The position numbers were made by a program, and so were the translations under genes. This document shows positions 40,318-48,282 of a DNA stretch of 64,000 bases, piece by piece (within the stretch, counting starts at the first letter, position 1; each line of letters opens with the position of its first letter). Source of the DNA: Polyangiaceae bacterium. Lineage in GTDB: Bacteria > Myxococcota_A > Polyangia > Polyangiales > Polyangiaceae. The stretch lies in assembly GCA_035063585.1 (NCBI GenBank), contig JAPSGB010000026.1, forward strand, positions 1 through 64,000, given 5' to 3'. The notes beneath the pieces were generated by a model, which worked only from the letters and a program-made list of their open reading frames with translations, was not told where the DNA came from and did not search any database.

Positions 40318-42566
40318 TCGAGCCGCACGCTGAACTCGACCGGCCCGAAGCGGACCAGCGAGCCGTTCGGCACCGGGCTCCACACGCCGCCCGGGATGCG
40401 GTTGCCGTTCACGAGCGTGCCGTTGTTGCTGTTCTCGTCACGGGCGAGGAGCTGACCGTTCTCGATCTTGAGCGTGGCGTGAACGCCCGAGACACGTGGC
40501 TCGGTGAGCAGGATGCCGCACTGGGCGCCGTCGCGGCCCGCGCGCATCTCCACGCCGGGGATGATGGTGAAGACCCCCGCCGCACCTTGTAGCGTGGCGC
40601 GCGAGGCCATTCCGCCCGGCGGCGAGGCGTAGGGGTTCGGTGGGGCCGCCGCCGGCACCGGCGCGGCGCCGCCGAAGCCAGCCGGGGAGCCCGCGCCGCC
40701 GTACATGAACTCGGGGCTGACGGGGGCTGGCTGGACCGGCGCGGCCGGCGGCGCGGGCGCCATCCCGTAGCCTCCCGGCGAAGGCGCCGCCGGGGGAGGC
40801 GCGTAGCCGCCGTAGGGCGCGCCACCCGCCATGACCGGCGCGGGCGGCGGCGCGCCGCCGCCGCCGCGCTTCCGCCCTCCGCTCCGGAAGGTGACGATGA
40901 CCAGGAGCGCGATGACCACCGCCGCGAACGCCCCGACCAGCACGATCATGATCGGGAACGGCGCCGTCTGTGCCTTGAGCTGCAGGAGGCTGTCGGCGGT
41001 GACGCCGCTCGTCCGGCGCGCCTTGTTGTCGTAGATGATGAGTCGCGTGACGGCCTGCGCGCCCGCGCCCTGCAGGATCTTGTCCTTGTCGGGCGCCTTG
41101 AAGCGCACGAACGTGTCGCTCGCCTCGATGGACTCGCCCTTCATGCCCATCGCGATGAGCTGCTGCTGGGTACGCTTGGCCTTGTCGATGTCAGCGCCGC
41201 CGAGCGCGGCCGGTGCCTGCTGCCCCGACGGCAGGAAGTAGACCTCGGCGCGCGACTTGTCGCCGCCCCAGCAGAAGTTGCCATAGACGGTGAATTCGCC
41301 CCCGGGGTACACCGGGTTGTCCTTCACGCGATCCTGGGTGTACTTGACGTCGATATCGAGCGGCCAGGTCGTCGGATCGATGCCGACCGGGACGTCCTTG
41401 AAGGTGTTGTCGCCGAGGATCGGCGGCTTCACGTTGTTGAAGACGAGCTTGAACGTCTGCGTCACCGTGGGCGCGATGCACGACACGCGCCACTTGATGA
41501 TGTTCATCTTGCTGAAGCGCGTCCGCACCGCGCTCACGATCCCCGCCGCGCGTCCGTCGGCCTGGCCGGGCCGGAGCACGGTGAAGAACCCGCCGATCTC
41601 CGGGTTTGCCAGGTTCTGCATGAACTCGAGCGAGTTCTGCTTGAACTCGTCGTACGTGCTGTACGGCGCGTAGATACTGATGATCGGGACCGGCGCCTTC
41701 GGCAGCGCCGTGTTGTCCTCGGGGAAGCGGCCACCGCTCAAGTACTGGGCGATCTGGAGCGCGCCCGGCCCGGTGGTCATCGGGTCGGTCCCGCCGAAGC
41801 CGTCCGAGAGCACCACGATCGCCTGGTGCAGCGGCACCTTCACGCCCTCGCCGACGTTGCCGAGCGCCTTGAAGCCGTCGGTGGCAGCGGTCTTGATGAT
41901 GGTCGCGAGCGAGCGGTTGCGGCCCTGCGAAGCGTAGGTGCTGGTGACTGAGTTGATGAGCGCCGCGGCGGTGGTCTTCTGCGCCGCCGAGACCCACTTC
42001 GAGTCCTTCACGACCTGACGGTCGTTGAAGAACATCACGTCCACGATGTCGTTCGGCCCCATGCTGTTGATGAACTGCATGGCGAGCACGCGCGCGTCGT
42101 TGAAGCCCGCCCCCATGCGCCGATCGGCGTCGACCAGGATGAGCCACGCCGTGCCCACGCCCGGCTCGCGTTGGCTCTCGCCCCAGTTCGACTTGCTCAG
42201 GAACTTCGCGGGCAGATCCGTGCCGTCCACGGTGACCGTGAAGATGGCGTTCTGGTCCGGGAAGGGGAACGGCGTGTAGAGCGCGTAGGGCTTCTCGAGC
42301 GCCGCGCTCATGCAGTCGAACTGCGCGTTGCCGGTCTGCACCGCGCAGTCGGAGATCGCGTCGCTCACCCGCTTGGACTGCACGACCTCCACGACCGAGG
42401 TGAGCACGGGATCGCCGCTCTCCTGGCTCGCGCGCGGATCGATCCGCAGGATGTGCGCCTCCGGCGCCGCCGCGGCAGGTCGACCAGCCAGAGCGGTCGA
42501 GAGGAGCGCGGCGAGCGTCAGCCAGAGGAGCGAGAGACGGCGAGGGAACGAGGAAGAATGAAACAT
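40314..42566 (-). CDS. exported vWA-like domain + TM + cytoplasmic FHA protein
   Basis: Signal peptide, ILVD / VVLSDG vWA-like strands, TM, Pro-rich linker, GR..VSGVHA..SNNGT. Confidence 0.85.
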   Translation of the reverse strand: MFHSSSFPRRLSLLWLTLAALLSTALAGRPAAAAPEAHILRIDPRASQESGDPVLTSVVEVVQSKRVSDAISDCAVQTGNAQFDCMSAALEKPYALYTPFPFPDQNAIFTVTVDGTDLPAKFLSKSNWGESQREPGVGTAWLILVDADRRMGAGFNDARVLAMQFINSMGPNDIVDVMFFNDRQVVKDSKWVSAAQKTTAAALINSVTSTYASQGRNRSLATIIKTAATDGFKALGNVGEGVKVPLHQAIVVLSDGFGGTDPMTTGPGALQIAQYLSGGRFPEDNTALPKAPVPIISIYAPYSTYDEFKQNSLEFMQNLANPEIGGFFTVLRPGQADGRAAGIVSAVRTRFSKMNIIKWRVSCIAPTVTQTFKLVFNNVKPPILGDNTFKDVPVGIDPTTWPLDIDVKYTQDRVKDNPVYPGGEFTVYGNFCWGGDKSRAEVYFLPSGQQAPAALGGADIDKAKRTQQQLIAMGMKGESIEASDTFVRFKAPDKDKILQGAGAQAVTRLIIYDNKARRTSGVTADSLLQLKAQTAPFPIMIVLVGAFAAVVIALLVIVTFRSGGRKRGGGGAPPPAPVMAGGAPYGGYAPPPAAPSPGGYGMAPAPPAAPVQPAPVSPEFMYGGAGSPAGFGGAAPVPAAAPPNPYASPPGGMASRATLQGAAGVFTIIPGVEMRAGRDGAQCGILLTEPRVSGVHATLKIENGQLLARDENSNNGTLVNGNRIPGGVWSPVPNGSLVRFGPVEFSVRLE

Positions 42567-42616
42567 GCTGCGGGTCTCGGGGGGGCGTGGCGCGCGAGCG
42601 GCTCACGCCCGGTGGG

Positions 42617-43702
42617 TCACAGGATCTTCACGACGCAGACGAATCCGCCGAACCGGACTTGGTCGCCGTCTTTCAGCTCATAGAGCTTGGAGTTGTCGAG
42701 GCGTTGCTCGTTCAGGAAGGTGCCGTTGGTGCTGCCGGGGTCGTCGAGCTTGAGCCGCCCCGGTCGCGCCGACGCGTACAAGGTGGCGTGCCGCGACGAG
42801 GTGGTCGCGTGATCGAGCTCGATGTCGAGGCCGTCCATCGCGCCCTTGCGCCCGATGACGTTCTGGCCCTGACGGATCGGCCAGAACTCGCCGAGCGCGT
42901 CGCCCTCGAAGCTCACGAGGAAGCCTGCGAGCGTGCGCGGCGCGCCCGGTGCGACGAGCGCCGGATCCTGGGCCGGGCCCTCGCCGGCTCGGGGCTCGGA
43001 GGGACCCGCCGCGCCCGGAAACGCCGGGCCGGGGGGGGGCGGCGCGTCGGTTCCCGGTGAGGGCGCCGGGCTCGGCGCGGGCGCGCCCCAGGCTCCTGGC
43101 GGCGCGCCGGGAGGCTCGACCGGCCGCGGCGCCGCGCCCGGAGCGGCGGCCCCGCGCTCCTGATCGGGAGCCAGGGTCGCGCCGAATGGGTTCAACCCCT
43201 CGGGAGCGCCGACCCGCACGTGCGCGTCCTCGAGCGGGCCGCCCGGCGGACGTGCCGGCGGCATCCCCGCCGGAGCGCCCCAGCCGGGGATGGGACCTCC
43301 GGGCGGAGGACCCGGAGGCGGCCCCCAACCAGGAGGGCCGCCCGGAGGCGGCGCGCCGAACCCGCCGGGCGGCGGGGGACCGGGCGGGGGGCCCCAGCCG
43401 GGCGGAGCGCCCATCGGGGGCGCGCCGACGCCTCCGGGTGGCGGGCCGAAGCCGCCGGGAGGGGGCGCGCCGAACGCGCCGGGCGGTGAACCGTAACCGG
43501 GCGCGCCCGGGGGCGGCCCATACCCGCCCGGAGGTGGCCCGTAGGGTCCCTGAGGAGGCGGACCGGGCGGCGGTCCCCAGGGCGCCGGCCCGCCGAAGCC
43601 CGGGCCTCCGGGCGGGGGCGCGACCTGCACGGGCGTGCCGCAAGAAGCACAAAATTTGCTCGTCGGCTGGTTCGAGACTCCGCACCGCGGGCACTGGACC
43701 AT
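42617..43702 (-). CDS. zinc-ribbon + Pro/Gly-rich + FHA protein
   Basis: CPRC..FCASCG, PPGG repeats, IGR..SSRHA..GSTNGT. Confidence 0.88.
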   Translation of the reverse strand: MVQCPRCGVSNQPTSKFCASCGTPVQVAPPPGGPGFGGPAPWGPPPGPPPQGPYGPPPGGYGPPPGAPGYGSPPGAFGAPPPGGFGPPPGGVGAPPMGAPPGWGPPPGPPPPGGFGAPPPGGPPGWGPPPGPPPGGPIPGWGAPAGMPPARPPGGPLEDAHVRVGAPEGLNPFGATLAPDQERGAAAPGAAPRPVEPPGAPPGAWGAPAPSPAPSPGTDAPPPPGPAFPGAAGPSEPRAGEGPAQDPALVAPGAPRTLAGFLVSFEGDALGEFWPIRQGQNVIGRKGAMDGLDIELDHATTSSRHATLYASARPGRLKLDDPGSTNGTFLNEQRLDNSKLYELKDGDQVRFGGFVCVVKIL

Positions 43703-43851
43703 GTGAAGACCTCCAGAGCGCCGGAGCGTTCGCCGGCGCAGCGCCGGCCAGCATACTCGTTTTCGGGCTCGGGCCTAGCCCTGCTCGCGCACGGCCTCGC
43801 GGTTCTCGCGGAGCGCCGAGCCCTCTCGTCCCAGGGCCGCCCCTCGGGCGC

Positions 43852-44211
43852 TCAGCGGTCCTTCTCGTCCTTCAGGCGAGCGGCCTTGCCGGACAGATTC
43901 CGGAGGTAGAAGAGGCGGCCGCGCCGCACGACTCCGCGGGAGAGCACCTCGATTTTCTCGAGTCGAGGGGAGTGCTGCATGAAGATGCGCTCCACCCCCA
44001 CGTTGAAGCTCACCTTCCGCACGGTGAAGGTGGACCGGGCCCCGGCGCGGTGGCGCTTGATCACGACGCCGCGGAAGATCTGCACCCGGAGCTTGTCGCC
44101 CTCGACGATCTGATAGTGCACGGCGACCGTGTCGCCGACGCGGAAATCCGGCAAATCGGAGCGGAGGTTCTTGCGCTCGAGCGCTTCGATCGTTGAAGTG
44201 GTGACCGACAT
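43852..44211 (-). CDS. rplS: 50S ribosomal protein L19
   Basis: [42 protein letters not shown]. Confidence 0.97.
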   Translation of the reverse strand: MSVTTSTIEALERKNLRSDLPDFRVGDTVAVHYQIVEGDKLRVQIFRGVVIKRHRAGARSTFTVRKVSFNVGVERIFMQHSPRLEKIEVLSRGVVRRGRLFYLRNLSGKAARLKDEKDR

Positions 44212-44247
44212 GACACGCCTTCCAGGGTCCAGGTTTCGAGGCCGCGC

Positions 44248-44335
44248 ATTATGCACGCGCGAGCCGGGTCGTCAACGGCCCTCTTCCGGCGCCCCGCCCG
44301 AGGAGCTTGACGAGACCTCGAGCAGGCGCTACTCA
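44248..44335. promoter_or_regulatory. divergent sigma70-type promoters for rplS (TTGACG-N16-CATAAT, minus) and rplC (TTGACG-N17-TACTCA, plus)
   Basis: Read at 44248-44275 (minus) and 44307-44335 (plus). Confidence 0.6.
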
Positions 44336-44376
44336 CGCGGGCCCATTTCGGCGATTCGAGGAGCGAGAGAGACCCC

Positions 44377-45036
44377 ATGAACCAGTACCCGGGCGTGATC
44401 GGCCGCAAGATCGGCATGACGCAGATCTTCCTCGAAGATGGCACCGTCGTCCCGTGCACGGTCGTCGAGTCCCGCCCCGTCGTGGTCGGTAAGCGCACCC
44501 GTGACAAGGACGGCTACGACGCCCTCATCCTCGGCCACGGTGCGCGCAAGGAGAAGCACACCACGAAGCCACTCGCCGGGCAGTTCAAGAAGGCCGGCGT
44601 CACCGCCGCGCGTGACGTGCGCGAGCTCCGCGCCAGCGCCGAATTCGTCGCCAAGCACGAGCTCGGCCAGGCGGTGAAGCTCGACGAGGTGTTCGAGCCG
44701 AACCAGTTCGTCGACGTGCAGGGGGTCTCGCGCGGTCGCGGGTTCTCCGGCGTCATGCGCCGCCACAACTTCAAGGGCGCCGTCTCGACCCACGGCAGCC
44801 ACGAGTACAAGCGCCACGGTGGCTCGATCGGCACCAACATGACGCCCGGTCGCACGCTGCCGGGCCTCAAGATGCCGGGCCAGATGGGCAACGTCACGAA
44901 GAGCGTGCTGAACCAGCGCCTCGTGAAGATCCTCCCGGAGGAGAGCCTGATCCTCATTCGCGGCGGCATCCCCGGCGCCAAGAACAGCCTCGTCTACGTC
45001 CGTGGCGCGGTGAAGCGCAGCGGCGGCAAGGCCTGA
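44377..45036 (+). CDS. rplC: 50S ribosomal protein L3
   Basis: GRKIGMTQIF, DGYDAL, SRGRGFSGVMRRHNF, GSIG..TPGR, KMPGQMG, GGIPG. Confidence 0.97.
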   Translation: MNQYPGVIGRKIGMTQIFLEDGTVVPCTVVESRPVVVGKRTRDKDGYDALILGHGARKEKHTTKPLAGQFKKAGVTAARDVRELRASAEFVAKHELGQAVKLDEVFEPNQFVDVQGVSRGRGFSGVMRRHNFKGAVSTHGSHEYKRHGGSIGTNMTPGRTLPGLKMPGQMGNVTKSVLNQRLVKILPEESLILIRGGIPGAKNSLVYVRGAVKRSGGKA

Positions 45037-46664
45037 TCGAGCTGCTTCCCATCAGCGACGCGCGCGTCCTCCACGACGGAGACGACGTGCTCGTCGTCGA
45101 CAAGCCGAGCGGGCTCGTGGTGCACGGCGGGAGCGCCACGCTCGCGACCGATCTCGTCTCGCGGCTCGCGGCCCGTCTGTCGGCGCGCGGCGCGAGCCGG
45201 TACCTCGGCGTTCACCAGCGGCTCGACAAGGACGCCTCGGGCGTCCTCTGCTTTACCCGCGATCGCGCGTTGAACGTCCCCATCGCGCGCGAGCTCGAGG
45301 AGCACACCGCCTCGCGCGTCTACGTGGCAGCCGTCGCCGATGGCGGGCTGCCCGCGCGTGGCGTGCTCGAGAACGGCATCGTGACCGACGCCGATGGCCG
45401 CTCGCGCGTGGTCCTGCGCGGCGGGAAACCGTCGATGACGCGCTTCTCCGTGCTCGAGCGCGCGAGCGGTCGCGCGCTCGTCGAGCTCCGCCCCATGACC
45501 GGACGGACGCACCAACTGCGCGTCCAGCTCGCGCACGCGAGGTCGCCCATCGCCGGTGACACGCTCTACGGCGGCCCGCCGGCGCCGCGGCTGCTCCTGC
45601 ACGCGCGCGCGCTCGAGCTCCGCTCGCTCGGCCGCCGCTTCGAGGCGCGCGAGCCGCCGGTGTTCGCGCGCTGGCTCCGCGGTGAGCCGCCGGCGCTCGG
45701 CGACGCGGACGAGCTCCGCGCCAAGCTCGCCGACGCGCTTGCGTTTCGTCATCCGCTCGCGGCGAGCGCCGATGCGTTTCGACTCTTCAATGGGGAAGGG
45801 GATGGCTTGCCCGGCGTGGCCGGCGATCGGCTCGGTGACTTCGCGGTGCTCGAGCTCTCGACCGCGGAGGCCATCGCGCGGCGCGCCGAGCTCGCCCGGA
45901 TGATGGTCGAGCTCGGCGCCGAGGGCGTCTACGTCAAGGTGCGCGCGCGCGGCGACGCGCGACGCGCCGACGCGGCCGCGCTCGCGCCGGCCGCGCCCGA
46001 CGCCGGCCGCGCCGCCCCGGCAGAGTACCCGGTCCGCGAGGGGGGGCTCCGCTTCCTGGTGCGCCTCGGCGACGGGCCGCAGACCGGGCTCTTCCTCGAT
46101 CAGCGAGACAACCGCGAGCGGGTGCGGGCGCTCGCCGGTGGTGCGCGCGTGTTGAACCTCTTCGCGTACACGTGCTCGTTCACGGTGGCGGCCGCCGTGG
46201 GCGGCGCGTCCGCGACCACCAGCGTCGATACCTCGGCGCCCGCGCTCGCGCGAGGACGCGCGAACCTCGAGCTCAACCGTGTCGCGGGCGGGGCGCATCG
46301 GCTGCTCCGCGACGACGCGCTCGAGTATCTCGACCGCGCGCGGCGGCGCGACGAGCGCTTCGAGCTCGTGATCCTCGATCCACCGAGCTTTGCCACCCGC
46401 GGGCGGGGCACCTTCACGGTCGCGCGCGACTACGCCCGCGTCGCGGCGGGCGCGCTCGCGGTGCTCGCGCCGGGCGGGCGCTTGCTCGCGGTCACCAACC
46501 ACCGGAAGACGAGCCGCGCGGCGTTTCGGCGCGTGCTTCACGCGGCGGCGGAGCGCGCCGGGCGGCGGGTCGCGCAGATGAAGGACCTCGCCTCGGGCCT
46601 CGACTGCCCCGATGACGCGGGCGGTCCCGCGCCCTCGAAGAGCGTGCTAGTGACCGTCGCGTGA
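45033..46664 (+). CDS. RluA-family pseudouridine synthase fused to an RlmI/RlmK-like SAM methyltransferase; start uncertain (CTG 45033 or GTG 45087)
   Basis: VVDKPSG, HQRLDKDASG, GRTHQLR; then TGLFLDQR.NR, VLNLFAYT, LDPPSF. Confidence 0.88.
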   Translation: MIELLPISDARVLHDGDDVLVVDKPSGLVVHGGSATLATDLVSRLAARLSARGASRYLGVHQRLDKDASGVLCFTRDRALNVPIARELEEHTASRVYVAAVADGGLPARGVLENGIVTDADGRSRVVLRGGKPSMTRFSVLERASGRALVELRPMTGRTHQLRVQLAHARSPIAGDTLYGGPPAPRLLLHARALELRSLGRRFEAREPPVFARWLRGEPPALGDADELRAKLADALAFRHPLAASADAFRLFNGEGDGLPGVAGDRLGDFAVLELSTAEAIARRAELARMMVELGAEGVYVKVRARGDARRADAAALAPAAPDAGRAAPAEYPVREGGLRFLVRLGDGPQTGLFLDQRDNRERVRALAGGARVLNLFAYTCSFTVAAAVGGASATTSVDTSAPALARGRANLELNRVAGGAHRLLRDDALEYLDRARRRDERFELVILDPPSFATRGRGTFTVARDYARVAAGALAVLAPGGRLLAVTNHRKTSRAAFRRVLHAAAERAGRRVAQMKDLASGLDCPDDAGGPAPSKSVLVTVA

Positions 46665-47281
46665 GCCGCTCGCGCGGGAACCCCTACGTCGGCGACGCCC
46701 GGACGCGAACGGCGCGCGCCGCCGGGTATCCGGCGCGGAGCGTGTACAAGCTCGAGGAGATCGATCGCCGCGTGCGGCTCCTCGCACCCGGCCAGCGTGT
46801 GCTCGATCTCGGAGCAGCGCCCGGCTCGTGGAGCTTGTACGCCTCGGAGCGCGTAGGACCGCGCGGCCGCGTGCTCGCGGTCGATCTCGCGGAGATCCTC
46901 CAGGCGTTCGGCGACAACGTCGAGGTGCTGCGCGGCGACGCGCTCTCGCTCGAGAGCGCGGCGCTCGCGCGACATGCGCCCTACGACGTCGTCCTCAGCG
47001 ACATGGCGCCGCCCACGAGCGGCTCCAAGGTGCGCGATCAGGCGCGGAGCCTCGAGCTCTTCCTTCGCGCGCTGGAGGTCGCGGAGGCGCTGGGTCGTCC
47101 GGGCTCGAGCTTCGTGGGCAAGCTCTTCATGGGGCCCGACTTCGACATGGCGAGGCAGGCGCTCGCCGCGCGCCATCGCGCCGTGAAGGTGCTCCGCCCG
47201 GAGGGCACGCGCGCGCAGAGCTCCGAGCTCTTCTTGGTGGGGCAGGGCAAGCGGCCCGAGGCCGGCGCGCCCTCGGAGTGA
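46661..47281 (+). CDS. rlmE: 23S rRNA 2'-O-ribose methyltransferase RlmE/FtsJ
   Basis: ARSVYKL.EID, LDLGAAPGSW, SDMAP, K-D-K-E tetrad. GTGA overlap with the upstream gene. Confidence 0.92.
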   Translation: MSRSRGNPYVGDARTRTARAAGYPARSVYKLEEIDRRVRLLAPGQRVLDLGAAPGSWSLYASERVGPRGRVLAVDLAEILQAFGDNVEVLRGDALSLESAALARHAPYDVVLSDMAPPTSGSKVRDQARSLELFLRALEVAEALGRPGSSFVGKLFMGPDFDMARQALAARHRAVKVLRPEGTRAQSSELFLVGQGKRPEAGAPSE

Positions 47282-47326
47282 GCGGCGCGGCAGAGCCCTG
47301 CGAGGCGGGCAGCGCGCCGCGCCGAT
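47274..47326. repeat. 53-bp direct repeat, copy A
   Basis: 48/53 identical to 50456-50508. Confidence 0.9.
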
Positions 47327-47593
47327 CCCGCAAGCATGGCGGTCGCGCCCGCTCCCGCTCCCGCGCTGGCCGCGCACCTGTGGAGCGCGCGCGCGTGGTA
47401 GGCGGCAAGACGGCGACCGTGTACTCTGGGAGGCGGTGGATCGGGCAGTTCGATTTTCTTGGGCGTCGAGGAAGCTGAACGTGACGCTCCGAGACGTGTC
47501 CGGCGCCGACGTCACGGCCACGCTCGCTGCGCGCGCAGCGACGCGCGCCGCCTCGAGCCCTGCGGGCGGGGTGGCGCTCTTGGAGTCCGCGCC

Positions 47594-48091
47594 GTGAGGG
47601 GGCGAGCGTCCACCGCCGCGTGCTCCGCGGCGCTCGTCACCCTGCTCGGCTGCAACGCGCGCAGCGCCGGCTCGAGCGGGGCCGTCGGCGCCGGCGCGCC
47701 ACCGAGCAGCGCGTCGGCGACCCGGGGCAGCCCGTGCGCTACGCCCCGCTCGGTCAGAGTGTTGCGGACGCCGCTCGCGCGGACGGTCGAGCTCGGCGAC
47801 AGCGTGCTCGGCGTCCTTCACGTGGACAGCGATGGCACCTCGACGTTCGAGCCCGACGGGGCCGCGCCGGCCGAAGCCGTGCAGCGGTTTCAGGCGGTTC
47901 ATCGCGAGGTGACGTCGAAGGGCTCCGTCGACGTCGCGTGGCAAGACCGCGCGCCCGATGGCGCGGAGTACTCGTGCGGCGCCGACCTCCAGCGCTCCGA
48001 TCCGCTGTATCCCGCCGCGCTCCTGCGCAAGCTGAGTGGCAAGTTCGACGGGCGGCTCCTCTTCGTCCCCCCGGCGGCCGAGCACGACTAG
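47594..48091 (+). CDS. hypothetical lipoprotein
   Basis: GGAG SD, GTG start, lipobox LLGC. Confidence 0.55.
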   Translation: MRGRASTAACSAALVTLLGCNARSAGSSGAVGAGAPPSSASATRGSPCATPRSVRVLRTPLARTVELGDSVLGVLHVDSDGTSTFEPDGAAPAEAVQRFQAVHREVTSKGSVDVAWQDRAPDGAEYSCGADLQRSDPLYPAALLRKLSGKFDGRLLFVPPAAEHD

Positions 48092-48282
48092 CAGCGGGTC
48101 GCGCAGCTCCGCGGACGAGCCTTGCCGCCCGATGAGCGGCCCGCGGTGCGCGTAGCCGTCGCGGGGGCGCTCCTTGCGGAGCGCCCTGGCGCGGACGCTG
48201 CGAGCCGAAGCGAAGTAGGTCGTCACGGACCCAGCGACCTTCCGTCGGCCGGGGGCGGCTGTTAGGCTCGTGGAGCTCTCGC

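Noticed and set aside
47330..47590. Possible gene remnant or ncRNA inside the cassette
   Set aside because: No recognisable motif or supportable structure.
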